Shown piece by piece: positions 52,641-64,000 of a stretch of DNA of 64,000 nucleotides. The first letter of the stretch is position 1, and every line of letters starts with the position of its first letter. Position numbers and translations under genes: made by a program. This stretch comes from Geosiphon pyriformis uo1 (Eukaryota > Fungi > Glomeromycota). A model generated the notes under the pieces. The model was given only the letters and a program-made list of their open reading frames with translations, had not been told where the DNA came from and made no database searches. The stretch spans positions 43,066 through 107,065 of the forward strand of contig JAAOMT010000219.1 of assembly GCA_016748015.1 (NCBI GenBank), written 5' to 3'.

Positions 52641-53741
52641 TATTTAAAAATTTCTCTGTTTTTTTGGTATGTTGTTTTTAAATTCAAGCTTAAATTCAGA
52701 TTTAGGTTCAGATTCAGATTCTTAAGCAGTCTGAATGTTTAATTGTAGAAGTAGTAAGTTTAAAAATTGTGCCAAATATTCTCTTAGAATAGATTTTTTA
52801 GAAAATTTTTTTTTAATAAAATGTGTACATAATTAAAAGTTCAAAAATTGTTTTTGTGATAAATAAAAACACAGTTCTTAATAGTGGATTGATTTGGTTA
52901 TTTAGTGATAAATAATAAAATAAAATTTCTAATAATATAACTTAAAGTTTTTTATATAATAAGATTAGTACTTGTTATAGACTCATATTTCTTTAATAGA
53001 GTATTTGTTCTAAAGTTTTTAGTTTTTGTTAGTTATCTTGGTTATTGTCTTTTTTTTTGTTTTTATTAAAAGTGAATAAAAAACTTTGTTAAGTGTATTT
53101 TTCGATTTTTTAATGTATTTATATCAAATTTATTAGGAATAATTGTGTTTTAGATAACATAATATGTAGAATTAATTTTTAATATAAGCTTTATTTTTGT
53201 TTTTAGAATTTTGTTTCAATAAATATTAAATTCAATAATGTATATAGTAATTAAAAATTAATTTAGCTAGAAAACAATATTACAGATGCTTATTTGGAGA
53301 TTAAAACAAATAACAAACCTGTAATTTGGTGCTTAATAGCTGGTAATATTAGTAGTTTTTAAATATTTTAGAGTCTAAAAGTTTTGGTTAAGTTCTTTGT
53401 ATAATAGACAAAAATTCAATTAATGGTTTTTTTTATGAATTTTTTTTCCAACATAATAACTGGTTTATTTTGGCAATCATGTCTTTTTAATAAGTTATTT
53501 TTAAATTTCTTCTTTTGTTTTTAGGTTTTTTATAAGGCTATCTTTGATGTCAAATATTTAATACTTAATTTTTTTAATCAATTAGTAAACAACAAAGAAA
53601 CAAAATAAAAAAAAATAAAAAAAATAAAAAAAAATAAAAGAAAAATAAGAAAAGAAAATAAGAAATTAGTATCCTGTTAATAGCTGTAATCAAAAATTAT
53701 TGTTTCAATATAGTTAAGTATTAAATTCTATTAATATGAAG
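52641..53741 (-). mobile_element. Family-A-like leader/gag start following the LTR at 53742-54113
   Basis: 53270-53741 is homologous to 49470-49953 and 6440-6880. Confidence 0.7.
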
Positions 53742-54113
53742 TGTTTATAATAAAAAGTAATTAATATTCTTAATCAAGTGATAATAACATAGATTAGATA
53801 ATAATTAGATATTTTATTAATATTAATGGATTTTTACTTTAAGTTATAGAAAACTATCTTTTAAAAAAGGAAATATTGTTGTTTTAAACTCTATAAATTC
53901 TGAATATTTTTTTGTTTCTAACACTTTTACTATATATACATAATTTGTGTTATACAAGATTTTTGGAAATCTTAGAATTTCCCAAAAAAATTCTAGAATT
54001 CTAAAATTCTGTAATTTTCTAAAAAAATCTTAAAATTCTCCATTTTACTACACCTATTTTTGATTAGTTATTTTATCTATTATTATATTTTCTAATTTTT
54101 ATAAGTAACATTA
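53742..54113 (-). repeat. Family A LTR shared between two tandem internal regions
   Basis: A purine tract (54114-54125) lies on its upstream side and PBS-region/leader sequence on its downstream side. Termini match the other family A LTRs. Confidence 0.75.
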
Positions 54114-57100
54114 TTTTCTTTTTTTAATATTAAGCTCTATCAAGATCTTCTAAATCTTTCTCTTGAATTAGCTCTATAACTTCTTTTTTAAGAATTACTT
54201 GGACAATATTGGTCTGTAATTTTTCAAATTAAGCATTGGTAATTTTTTCCAATTGGTTAATGGTTACTATTTTTATTGTTAAGTATAATAATATTTTTAG
54301 ACAATCTTGAAACTTTGTTTGTAACTAGTATATTGTTTATGTTTGTGTGAATAGATGGTTTTTTTACAAATTGTTTGAATTATTATAATATTGTCATATT
54401 AAACATTTATTTTGTTTTATTTATATATAAGTTCTGAATATTGAGCTTTTGTTTTAAGTGATAATAACAAAAGTTTTTTGGAAATTGTTGTATCCATTAT
54501 TTTCAATTTTTTTCTATTAACTCTTTGTATAGTACTATTGTCTTTAGTATTTTTATGGATATTTTTACTTTTGCTATTATATTTTTTACTATATTTTTAT
54601 ATCTTTTATATATTCTATATTGTATTTTATATTGAGATTTCTGTTTTCTTTCTGTATATTGAATAGTTTATTAATTAATTGTAATTTCTATGTTCAGTTT
54701 TTAATGTTTAATTAGTTGAAATAATTGTTGGGCTAGTAGATAAATGTTGTCAGTAATTTTTATCTTTTTATTTGCTTTTATTACATATATTGATTTTTTA
54801 TATACTATTTTTGTAGATTAATTTGATGTGTTTATGTTAATAATTATAATTGGTTTTAGATTTTGTAAAATTTTATCTGGTTAAATTAGTATTTATTGTA
54901 TTTCTAGTTGTAGAATATTACTGGTAGATGATAATACTATATTGTGATATAATTTTAATCAATTTTTATGTATTATTTTAGCTAAGATTTTGTTGTTCTA
55001 TCTTAATTTATAAGCTTTATTTCTAAAAAAATTTTCAATGTAAAATGGTCTGTTTTATTTAGGGTCAAATTTTTTACTCTATTGTTTTTTTGTTTTGGTA
55101 CAATATAAGAGTACTGTCTCTAATTTTGAATTTAATTGATTTATCTGGTAATTGGTTATTATATTATTTTTTTTGTTTTGCTTGTAACTTTTGAATGTTA
55201 TTAGCTGTTTTTTGCTTTTTGTTTTCTAAAGTTTCTATTAAATTGTATGTTTTTTTTAGTAATATTCTTTGGAAGTTGGCTTCTGTTATTGGTTTTATTA
55301 GATATATATTAATATCTATCTTAACTAGTAATGTTGTTGTTTTATTATAAACAAGTTTAAATAATATTGTTTATATAGTATCTTGTTTCATTGTTCAATA
55401 AACAAATAATATTGATAATATAAACAAATCTCATTTATTTTGGTTTTCTTGACTAATCTTGGCTATTGTTTTATACAATGTTTTGTTAAATTTTTTGACT
55501 AAACCATTTGTTTATAGATAATATAATGATTATAATAGTCTTTTAATTCCAAATTTTTGATTTAATTTTGTTAATATTCTGTTTACAAAGTGAGTTTTTT
55601 GATCTAATAATAATTTTTTTAAATATTTATGTTGACAAATCAAATCTTACTGTACAAATTCAGCTATAAATTTTGCATCTGCTTTTTAAATTACTTTTGC
55701 TTTTGGCTATTTTATAAAATAATTCATGACTATTACTATATATCAATTGTTTTTATTGATAATAATTAATAGTCTAACTAAGTCAATTCTAATTCAATTG
55801 AATGATTGTTTTATTTTAATTGGTTTTAATGATTTATTGAATCTCATTTTTTCTTTTTTCTAACAAACATTATAATTTTGAATATATTAGATAATATATA
55901 AATACATAAATAGCCAATAATATCTTTTTCTGGTTTTTTCTATAGTTGTTTCTTCTGTAGTTTGATTTGAGTATATGTTAAACAGTATTGTTTCTTTTTC
56001 TAATTCAGTAATTACTCTAAATAACTGGCCTAAATTTCTTTTGTTTTTCTAATATAATATATTTTGGTAAGTAATAAAATATTTTGATTGTTGTTTTATG
56101 CTGTTTTGTTCTTTTTGAGGTAATTTTTTTTTGAATTATTGAGTATTAATATAATATTAGAGTTGTTAATATTTTTGTGTATTTATTTTTTGTTATATTT
56201 TTGGGTTAAAATTATTTTAGATTTGTTTTATTTGTAACAAACCATCAGCAGTTCTATTTTTTTTTCTCTTTTTATAATATACAGTATAATTAAATAGTAA
56301 TAGTTCTATTTTCTATCTTGTATGATAATTATTTCCAAATTTTTGCTTTTGGATTGATGTCAATCTTTTGTAATCAGTATATACATTAAATTTTTGACTT
56401 AAATATTCTTTCCATTTGATGACAACTCAATAAATAGCTAAATGTTTTAATACTAAAGTTCTATAGTTTTTTTCAGCTAAACTTAAACTTCTGCTAACAT
56501 ATGTTATTAAGTGTTCTTGTCTATCAGCTCCTTTTTATAACAATACAGTTCTTAATATTTAACCAGATATATTAATAGTAATAATGAAAACTTGCTATAA
56601 TCTGAATAAATTAGTATTAGAGTTTAAATAAGCTTTATATTTAACATTTTTTGCTTAAAGCTGGTAAAATGGTTAAGCCAATTTGGAGAAATTTTGGATA
56701 AAATGGCAATAATATCTGGTAAATTTTAAAAATGCTCTTAGTTTCATCAAATTTGTTAGTATTGAAAAGTTCTTAACTATTTCAATTTTGTTTGGATCTA
56801 TTTTAATATCATTTTTTCTTATAATATGTTCCAAAAACTTGAATTCTGTTTTGCCAAAAAAACACTTGATAACATTTAACTTTAGTTCAGATTTTTTTAA
56901 TCTTTCAAACTTTTGTTAAAGATAGTAGAAATAATTATCAAATGTCTTAAAAAACATATTGGTATTATTTAAGTAGATTACTACTAATTTTTATAGTAAT
57001 TTAGTATATATAATTTCCATAAGTTATTGAAAAATGGCTGGAATATTGATTAAGCTAAATGGCATGATATCAAATTCAAAATTTTTTTTTCTGGTTGTGA

Positions 57101-60100
57101 ATGCTGTTTTTTTTTGTCAATTGAATTCATAGTTACTTGTTAGTAATTACTATTTAAATCTAATGTTGAGAACCATTTTTTTTTTTCAAAAGTATTGAAT
57201 AGTTTTTGGATTTATAAAGTCCGATAACTGTTTCTGTAAGTAATATTGTTAAGTTTTTTGTAATCTACACAAAAGTGGATTTTTTCATTTTTTTTTGGAA
57301 AAATACTATTGGTAATAATTATGGACTTATTGATAATTAAATTAATCTATTGTTTAATATTTAGTTGATTTTATGGCTGGTTGGTAGTATTCTGTATGCT
57401 TATTGCTTTATTGGCATAGTATTTCTAGTTTTTATTTAGTGCTAAATAATGTTAGTTCTGCCAAATTCATTTTTATTGGCAAAGATATTAGTAAAATTGT
57501 TGAGTAACATTTTAAGCTGCATATATTGAAGTGAATCTAGATTTTTTAAGTTTATTTGTTCCAATTGTTCTAGTTATAATAAATAGCATTTTTTTTGTCT
57601 GTATATAGTTTATAATGTAATATTCACATATTTACACAGTTATAGAAAATTTAAAATGGTAGTTGATAATTGGTTTTCAATTTCAGTGCTTAAATATCTG
57701 ATGGTAGTTTTACTTAGTATTTTTATGGAGTTTTTAGTTGTATTGTATATAGAAATTTTAATATGTTTGTGGTTTTTAACTGGTATATAAAAATTGATAA
57801 TATTAATCTCTTTTAATTCATAAATGTTTGTTTTAGCTTTAAAAATTTGAAGTTGATCTTTTATCTTCCTCTTTATAGTTAACATATACTGGTTATATAA
57901 TATAATAAAAATAAATTGATTGGTAAAGATAATTTTTTTTTTATTAATTGTTTTTTTTTCATCATATTAACTAGTATCTCTATTTTACTCATAGATCTGA
58001 ATTTTTTTATTCTTTTTGCTGTAATCTCTAACTCTTTTCTTATTCCCACTAACATTAACTGAACTATTTTAATCAGAGGCAGAAATATTATTTGTGCTAT
58101 CTTTTTTAATAATATATTTCTTTTTTAAGTTATTTTGTAATATTGTAATAATATTTTCTATATATTTTGCATCAATTATTTTTTCTTTAATAATATATTT
58201 TTTTTCACTAAACTAGATCTAAAAACTAATTGGACTATTGTTGTTGCTAGAATTTCCAGTACTATTTTCAGATCTATATTGGTATGTAAATAAAGTTCTA
58301 ATTAAATAACAGTTTTTTTTAAATATCTAAGATCAAATCTTGCATTAGTATTATGTACATATTCTGGCATAATACTTTTACTGTTATTACTAAGCCATGT
58401 AAGTTTCTGTTTCATTAAAGTCTGAATCATAATTAATTTTAAAATCTAATTCTAATGCATATTTGCTGATTGGTTTTTTTTTGAAAATCAAATAAATTAT
58501 GTATAATAGTGGATTGTAAATGAGATCACAATTATTACAATATTTAAAGTCATTGAAAATTAGACAATATTTATAGAATTTAGTATTTAGTTATTTCAAA
58601 TACTGCTCTTGCTCTTCTTTAGTAAGTACTAAATCTTGATAGTGTTTATAGAATTGTTTTAGATTACTCAGGATGTAAATAAATGCATCTGAGTTAAAAA
58701 TAAGAATAGTTTCAACAGATTCTAGTAGGTCATTCTTAATTACCAATATTTTACTTGGTAAAGTATTTTTGCTTTGGCATTTGCTATTTACCAGATTTTA
58801 TTCTTGTCATGTAGATAACTGTTTAAGCATAAGAGTACTCTGTTTTATATGACATTAAAAGACATTTTTTGGCTCACTTAGTTGCTTATAAGAATTGTGT
58901 ATTGACACAAAATATCACATGTTTTTTTACAACCAGAAATGTTATTTTACATTTTTTTTATTGAATAAGATTTCTCCATAGGTAAAACATAATTTGTTGT
59001 CTCACTTTTTTGTTATTTAGAATATTAGAAACATTTTTGGTAGCACAGTTTGCAGTAGTAATAGATATGTGTTTAATAGTCTTTTTTGGGTAAAATCTAA
59101 GCTTTTATAGAGGAAAGCTTTTTATTATAATCAATATATCTAAGTAAAATATATAGCAGTTTTTTTTTTATATTCATGAAGTATGATCTATTCCACTTAC
59201 TGGTTATTTTTTTGGTAGCTGTGGTGGTTTCTGACATGTTCTTTTCCTTTTCTTTTTTATTATTATTCCAAAAGAGTATTAATAGTAATTTTTTGTATTT
59301 GTTTTTAGTCCACAAGACTTGATAGGCTTTTTAGATAGGTTTTTTTTTTAACTTGATTAATAATTGTTCTTTTAAAAAAACTTTAAAGTGTCTACAAGTA
59401 GCAAACACTTGAGTATGTTGATTATTAAATGTTAACTAAAGTTTTTGAGTGTTCTAATCGAATATAGTGTTTGTTTTGAACAACCAGTTATTATTAATAA
59501 GAGCTTGATATTGTATGGCTTCTATAATCAATACTTTAATAGGTGTAATAATATTATTGACTTTGAAAAAAAAGTTGTTAATTTCACTAATTGAAATCTT
59601 TGTCACTCTGTTAGCAGTAATAATTCTGGTATTGGTAATGTAATCAACTTAGCAACCTAATTGGTTCATAAGTTGTCATATAATAATACTGCCTACTAAT
59701 CTACTATTAAGAATTAATTTGATAAATTGGCCATTAACTTTGGTATTTGTATACATGGCTGTAATAAATTTGGTGTTGAGAGTGGCTCCACTGAATAAAG
59801 ATGGTGTTATTAATTCTTCTAATTCAAAAAAAAATATGGCTGTAAGTAATTTGTTTTTAGTGACAATTGCTAATAGAATATTGTTAGTATGTAGTGTTTT
59901 TGGGCTTTTCAAGTTGTTGAATAAGTTGGTTTCTGGAATAATTAAGAGACTTAAATAGTTTTAAAAACTTGGGTTTTGGGCATATCTATTTTCTGAATTT
60001 CTTAAACATAATTCTAATGTCTGATTTAAAGAACTGGAAATTAGTTGGTATATAATTATTGCTAATCTCCAATTGTATTATATGTGAATAATTTTCAGCC

Positions 60101-62340
60101 TTTAGTTGCCTGTTAACATTTGAACTAAGTTTTGGAGTAGTGTTTAAATTGGTTGGAATTGATAAATAATTTGTGGCTGAAGCTAATAAATTATTAGTGC
60201 TGAAGTTTAAAATACTGGAGGTAAATATATTGGTTATTATGTTATTAAGGTGTAATAAAGCTGATATTATTCTTAATTCTGAGTATTATTTGAAGTTTGA
60301 AACTGGTAACTAGAGTTTTGATATTGATTTCCCAATTGTTAACTATTAAATCTAGAGCAACAATCTGCTTTTAGATGATTTTGTTTATCATAATAGTAGC
60401 AATTATGTATTTTCTGTTGTCATAATTGATTTGATAATAATAATGGTATTAAACACAATTAATTTTGGAAGCAATTAGAGCTTTCTTGGTTGTTGCAACA
60501 TTGAGAAAATTGATAAATTGCCTAATTATTAACTAAATATCTCTCTAATTTCTGGTTGATAGAGTCACTGAATTGTTTTAGCTTAAAGTCCAATTCAAAT
60601 AATCTGTTTATTACTAGATTTATAACTTAAACATAGTTGGGTTTGAATTCAGCCAATTCAAAATCTCTAGAATGTAACTGTATCTTGAAAAGTATTTGGA
60701 TGCATTAAGTGTATTTGTTGTAGTAAACAACTGCATAATCTACAATTAAACTGATTTAAAATTTGTGCTTTAGTAAAGTAGTCAGCTTAAATTGCCTGAA
60801 TTTGGTGCAGATTTCTGTGAAAACATTTTAAGTAAGTAATAATTGCTTTAGTATTACCTTGTTTAATCATGGTAAAAATAGTTAACAAGCAATTTAGACT
60901 ATTATTATTACTGAAATACTATAAAAACATAGTTTTAAATATATCAAAATCTTAAGGTTTGTTTACAAAATTTTAATATTACAAGTTGATAGTATCCTAA
61001 AAAAATATGGAATGGCTTAAATTGCTTTGATATTATTCTATTTGTTGGCTGCAATGGCTTTTTTTACATTGTTTAACCATATTTGGACATTATTTTCTTT
61101 ACTGGTAAATTTTTTTAGTTTGACAATAAGTATATATGCCATTGGTACAAGTTGTTGTTATTGTGATTGTTGTTGAAATTGTTATTATTGTGCAGCAATT
61201 GGTACAACTGATGGATCAATTACAATAACTAAAAATAAGTTTTGCTAAATAATAAGAGTAAAGTTTAGATTGTTTGGGTGTTGCAGAGTTTGAACAATCA
61301 GAGTTATAATTTCTAGATTATTTAAAATCAGGTTTTGATTATTATTTTTCTGATTGCAGTTTTTATTTTCTTCTTCTGATTTGGTGTCTTTTTAATAATT
61401 AGTAGATTCGAAATTTGGTTAAAATAGTGGTGATTAAAGTTCTAATAGTATGATTGGTAACAATTTAAATTTTTCAAAGAAATTGCTATAGATTCCTAAT
61501 AATTTGGCTTTTTCTTAATTATTTTGAAATAGTACTTTTGCTAATAGTGTTTTTACAGCTGCTATAGACATAACTGCTAATTTTATGTAAATAATATTTT
61601 TAGGTGTATAGTAATATAATGAATTGATAAGTAAAATGACTTTTGGTTTCTTCCAATTAAACAGTTGTATTTTTTTGGTGTTTTAACTGAAGTTTGTAAA
61701 TTTTTTTGTTTGTAAAGATAATAAAAACCTCTGTTAGATGTAATGCTCAATTTCTCTGTTTATTTTTGTAATTAGTGGTGCAAACAGATGGTTTAGTAGA
61801 AGTGTAGTGTTTTGTAATAGTTTACTGTAAAAATTCTTAAAAATGGCTTCTGGATCTCTTTGGTTTTTCAAGTAAATTTTAATTTTTTTATTAACATAGA
61901 AATTGAAAGCTAATTCTGTTGGCCAATAGCTACTTGTCAGTCCAAAGTAAATTTGGTAATATTGAAATAAAAATTTCGTGAATCTTAAATAATTTTCTTC
62001 TATGATTTTTTAGTCTGTCACTTTTCTGGATGGTTAATATTGGTACTGGTTTTCTGTTGAATTATATCTTATAGAAAACACCAAATATTACAAATAATTA
62101 TTTGAGAATTGGAACAAATAACAAACTCATACCTTGGTGTTCAATAGCTGATAATATTGGTAGTTTTTAAAAATTTTGGTTAAGTTTTTTGTATAATAGA
62201 CAGAAATTTAATTAATGGTTTTTTTCATGAATTTCTTTCTTTAGTGTGATGATTGGTTTATTTTAGCAATTGTGTCTTTTTGATAAGCTATCCTTAAATT
62301 TTTATCCTCATTCCTGGATTTTTTACCAACTTATTCTTAA
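54114..62340 (-). mobile_element. Ty3/Gypsy family A copy 2, heavily degraded (gag-PR-Cys-rich-dUTPase-RT-RNase H-IN); 5' end interrupted by the LTR at 62341
   Basis: Collinear with 41821-49750 throughout: integrase about 54900-56150, RT about 56700-57400, dUTPase about 57980-58380, PR (LILNS, D>N) about 59700, gag about 60400-61150. Confidence 0.85.
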
Positions 62341-64000
62341 TGTTGTTACTCATAAAATATAAAAAATATATTAGCATATAAATTAGCCAATCAGAAATAG
62401 ACATAGTAAATGTGAAATTTTAAAATTTTTCTCAGAGGAATTGCAGAATTCTAGGATTCCTATTAAAAAAATTGCAGGATTTCAGAATTCCAGAATTCCT
62501 TCCAAAAAAATTGCAGGATTCCAGGAATTGCAGGATTCCTGGTATGAAAAATTGAGGAATTAAGGAATCTCAATTATGTATATATAGTAATAGCATTAAA
62601 AGTAGAAAAGACAGACCTTTTAATTTAGATTTAATCTAAGCAACTTTCCAAATCACAAATATTAATAAATAATTATTTGCTATCTCAATCTACTCTCCAT
62701 TATTAACAATTCATGTTGATAGCTGCTGTTACCAATAGAATTTTTGCTATTAATTAGCATAAAATTACCCTTATAATTCCTATAATTTATTAGTATATTA
62801 ATATTATTTCAAATTATCATTTATTATTTAATCAATTATCACATATCACGATTTAATTAAAATAATCTAATTAGTATAACAGAAAGTAGGATGATCAAAT
62901 TACACAATACCCTGAACTTTGTAACATTCAGAAATTCGCCGAAATTTACAGAAATTCGCTGAAATTATGAATAGTTCACCCAAATTAATCAATAGTTCAG
63001 TGAAATAACTTGTAGTTCATCAAAATGTATCTTAAGTTTGCCGAAATTTGAGCAAAGAGAAAAAGTGCAAGTTCATAGACTAGTACTACAACAAGTTGTA
63101 TAAAAGAAGAGCTTTTCTCTTCTGGAAAATGTATCTTACTTTAGATTTATCTCTTAAAACCGTTCCTATATACACAAAGAGAAATAAATATCAAATAATT
63201 CAAAAAAACCAAATTCTTTAATTATTGTACTTGGAAAAACCCCCAAAACCCAACTAACATTTCGAAATTGATTAGCTACCAATTTCAGTAAACTGTTAGT
63301 GACTCCAGGCCTGGATAGAAAACGTTTTTCTTGATAAAATTCTATTTCTTTTACATTTCTTTTATTTTTTTTTTCTTTTCTTATTACGATCATTAGGGTA
63401 GCCTACAGATGAGATTCCTGTAGAAGAGTTGACTTTCACAGCAAAGTAACTACACATTTTAGTGAGCTTCCAGATGAGCAATTCCTGGGAAAGAGTTGAT
63501 GTTTACTACAACGTAACTACATAAAGTAACTGGCAAGGAATTGGCCATTCTACTTATAAGTCCAGCAGTTCAAATTATAAGAAATAATTTGAAGATAAAT
63601 TCGGTTATTGGAGGTTTAACTACTTCTAGAAAACGTGAATTTGCAACCAACAGACATTTACAACATTCAAAAAAAGAGACCAAAAACCTCCGGTAACATT
63701 TGGTGCTTTCTCACGGAAATAACACAGCAACAACAAATTCAAAGTGGTGACCACACCAGACACAGCAACTCTAGAGTATTACCAGTCAATTTACACCCAC
63801 TGCAAGCAAAGATTCAACATTCCAGACGGAATTGAAGTTGTAAAAAAATCAGTATACCAATACATTGAAAACCACATCAACAATTATCTTTTTGGAAACT
63901 ACAACATTTCAGAAGTTAGAAGCAACCTCTACAATAATTTAGTGCACTATTCACAATTGAGAACAGAAGACCTAAACAGTGAAACACTTGCTATCTACTT
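62341..64000 (+). mobile_element. Gypsy family C element: LTR 62341-62708, leader with repeats, gag N-terminus running off the window
   Basis: LTR TGTTGTTACTCATA...TTAACA is similar to 49954-50332. An open frame from about 63723 (HSNNKFKVVTTPDTATLEYYQ...) continues to the window end. Confidence 0.8.

Overview
Eukaryotic, almost certainly fungal, DNA. The intron style and TE families suggest an early-diverging or Glomeromycotina-type genome, but this is inference and was not verified. Bases 1-4.1 kb hold two convergent intron-containing housekeeping genes: an SLC25A39/40(MTM1)-type mitochondrial carrier (+) and a prenylcysteine oxidase/lyase (-). Together they appear to need three GC-AG introns. 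From about 4.2 kb to the end is a nested TE graveyard that decays by C>T/G>A transitions towards pure AT. It contains three long APE/RT/RNase H LINE copies plus relics, several Ty3/Gypsy elements (one family has a dUTPase and a Cys-rich insert between protease and RT), and a 4.8-kb IS630/Tc1/mariner element inserted at a TA inside a LINE. The most striking observation is that this DNA transposon carries, divergent from its transposase, an intron-containing bromodomain + BAH + C-terminal Ig-like (RSC/polybromo-type) chromatin-reader gene fragment. Other notable signals are a TAATG stop/start overlap conserved in all three LINEs, a conserved hairpin at the LTR end/PBS position, and LTRs that share a framework but carry different tandem-repeat cassettes. 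All TE coding regions are pseudogenised. No CRISPR, rRNA or tRNA was seen.
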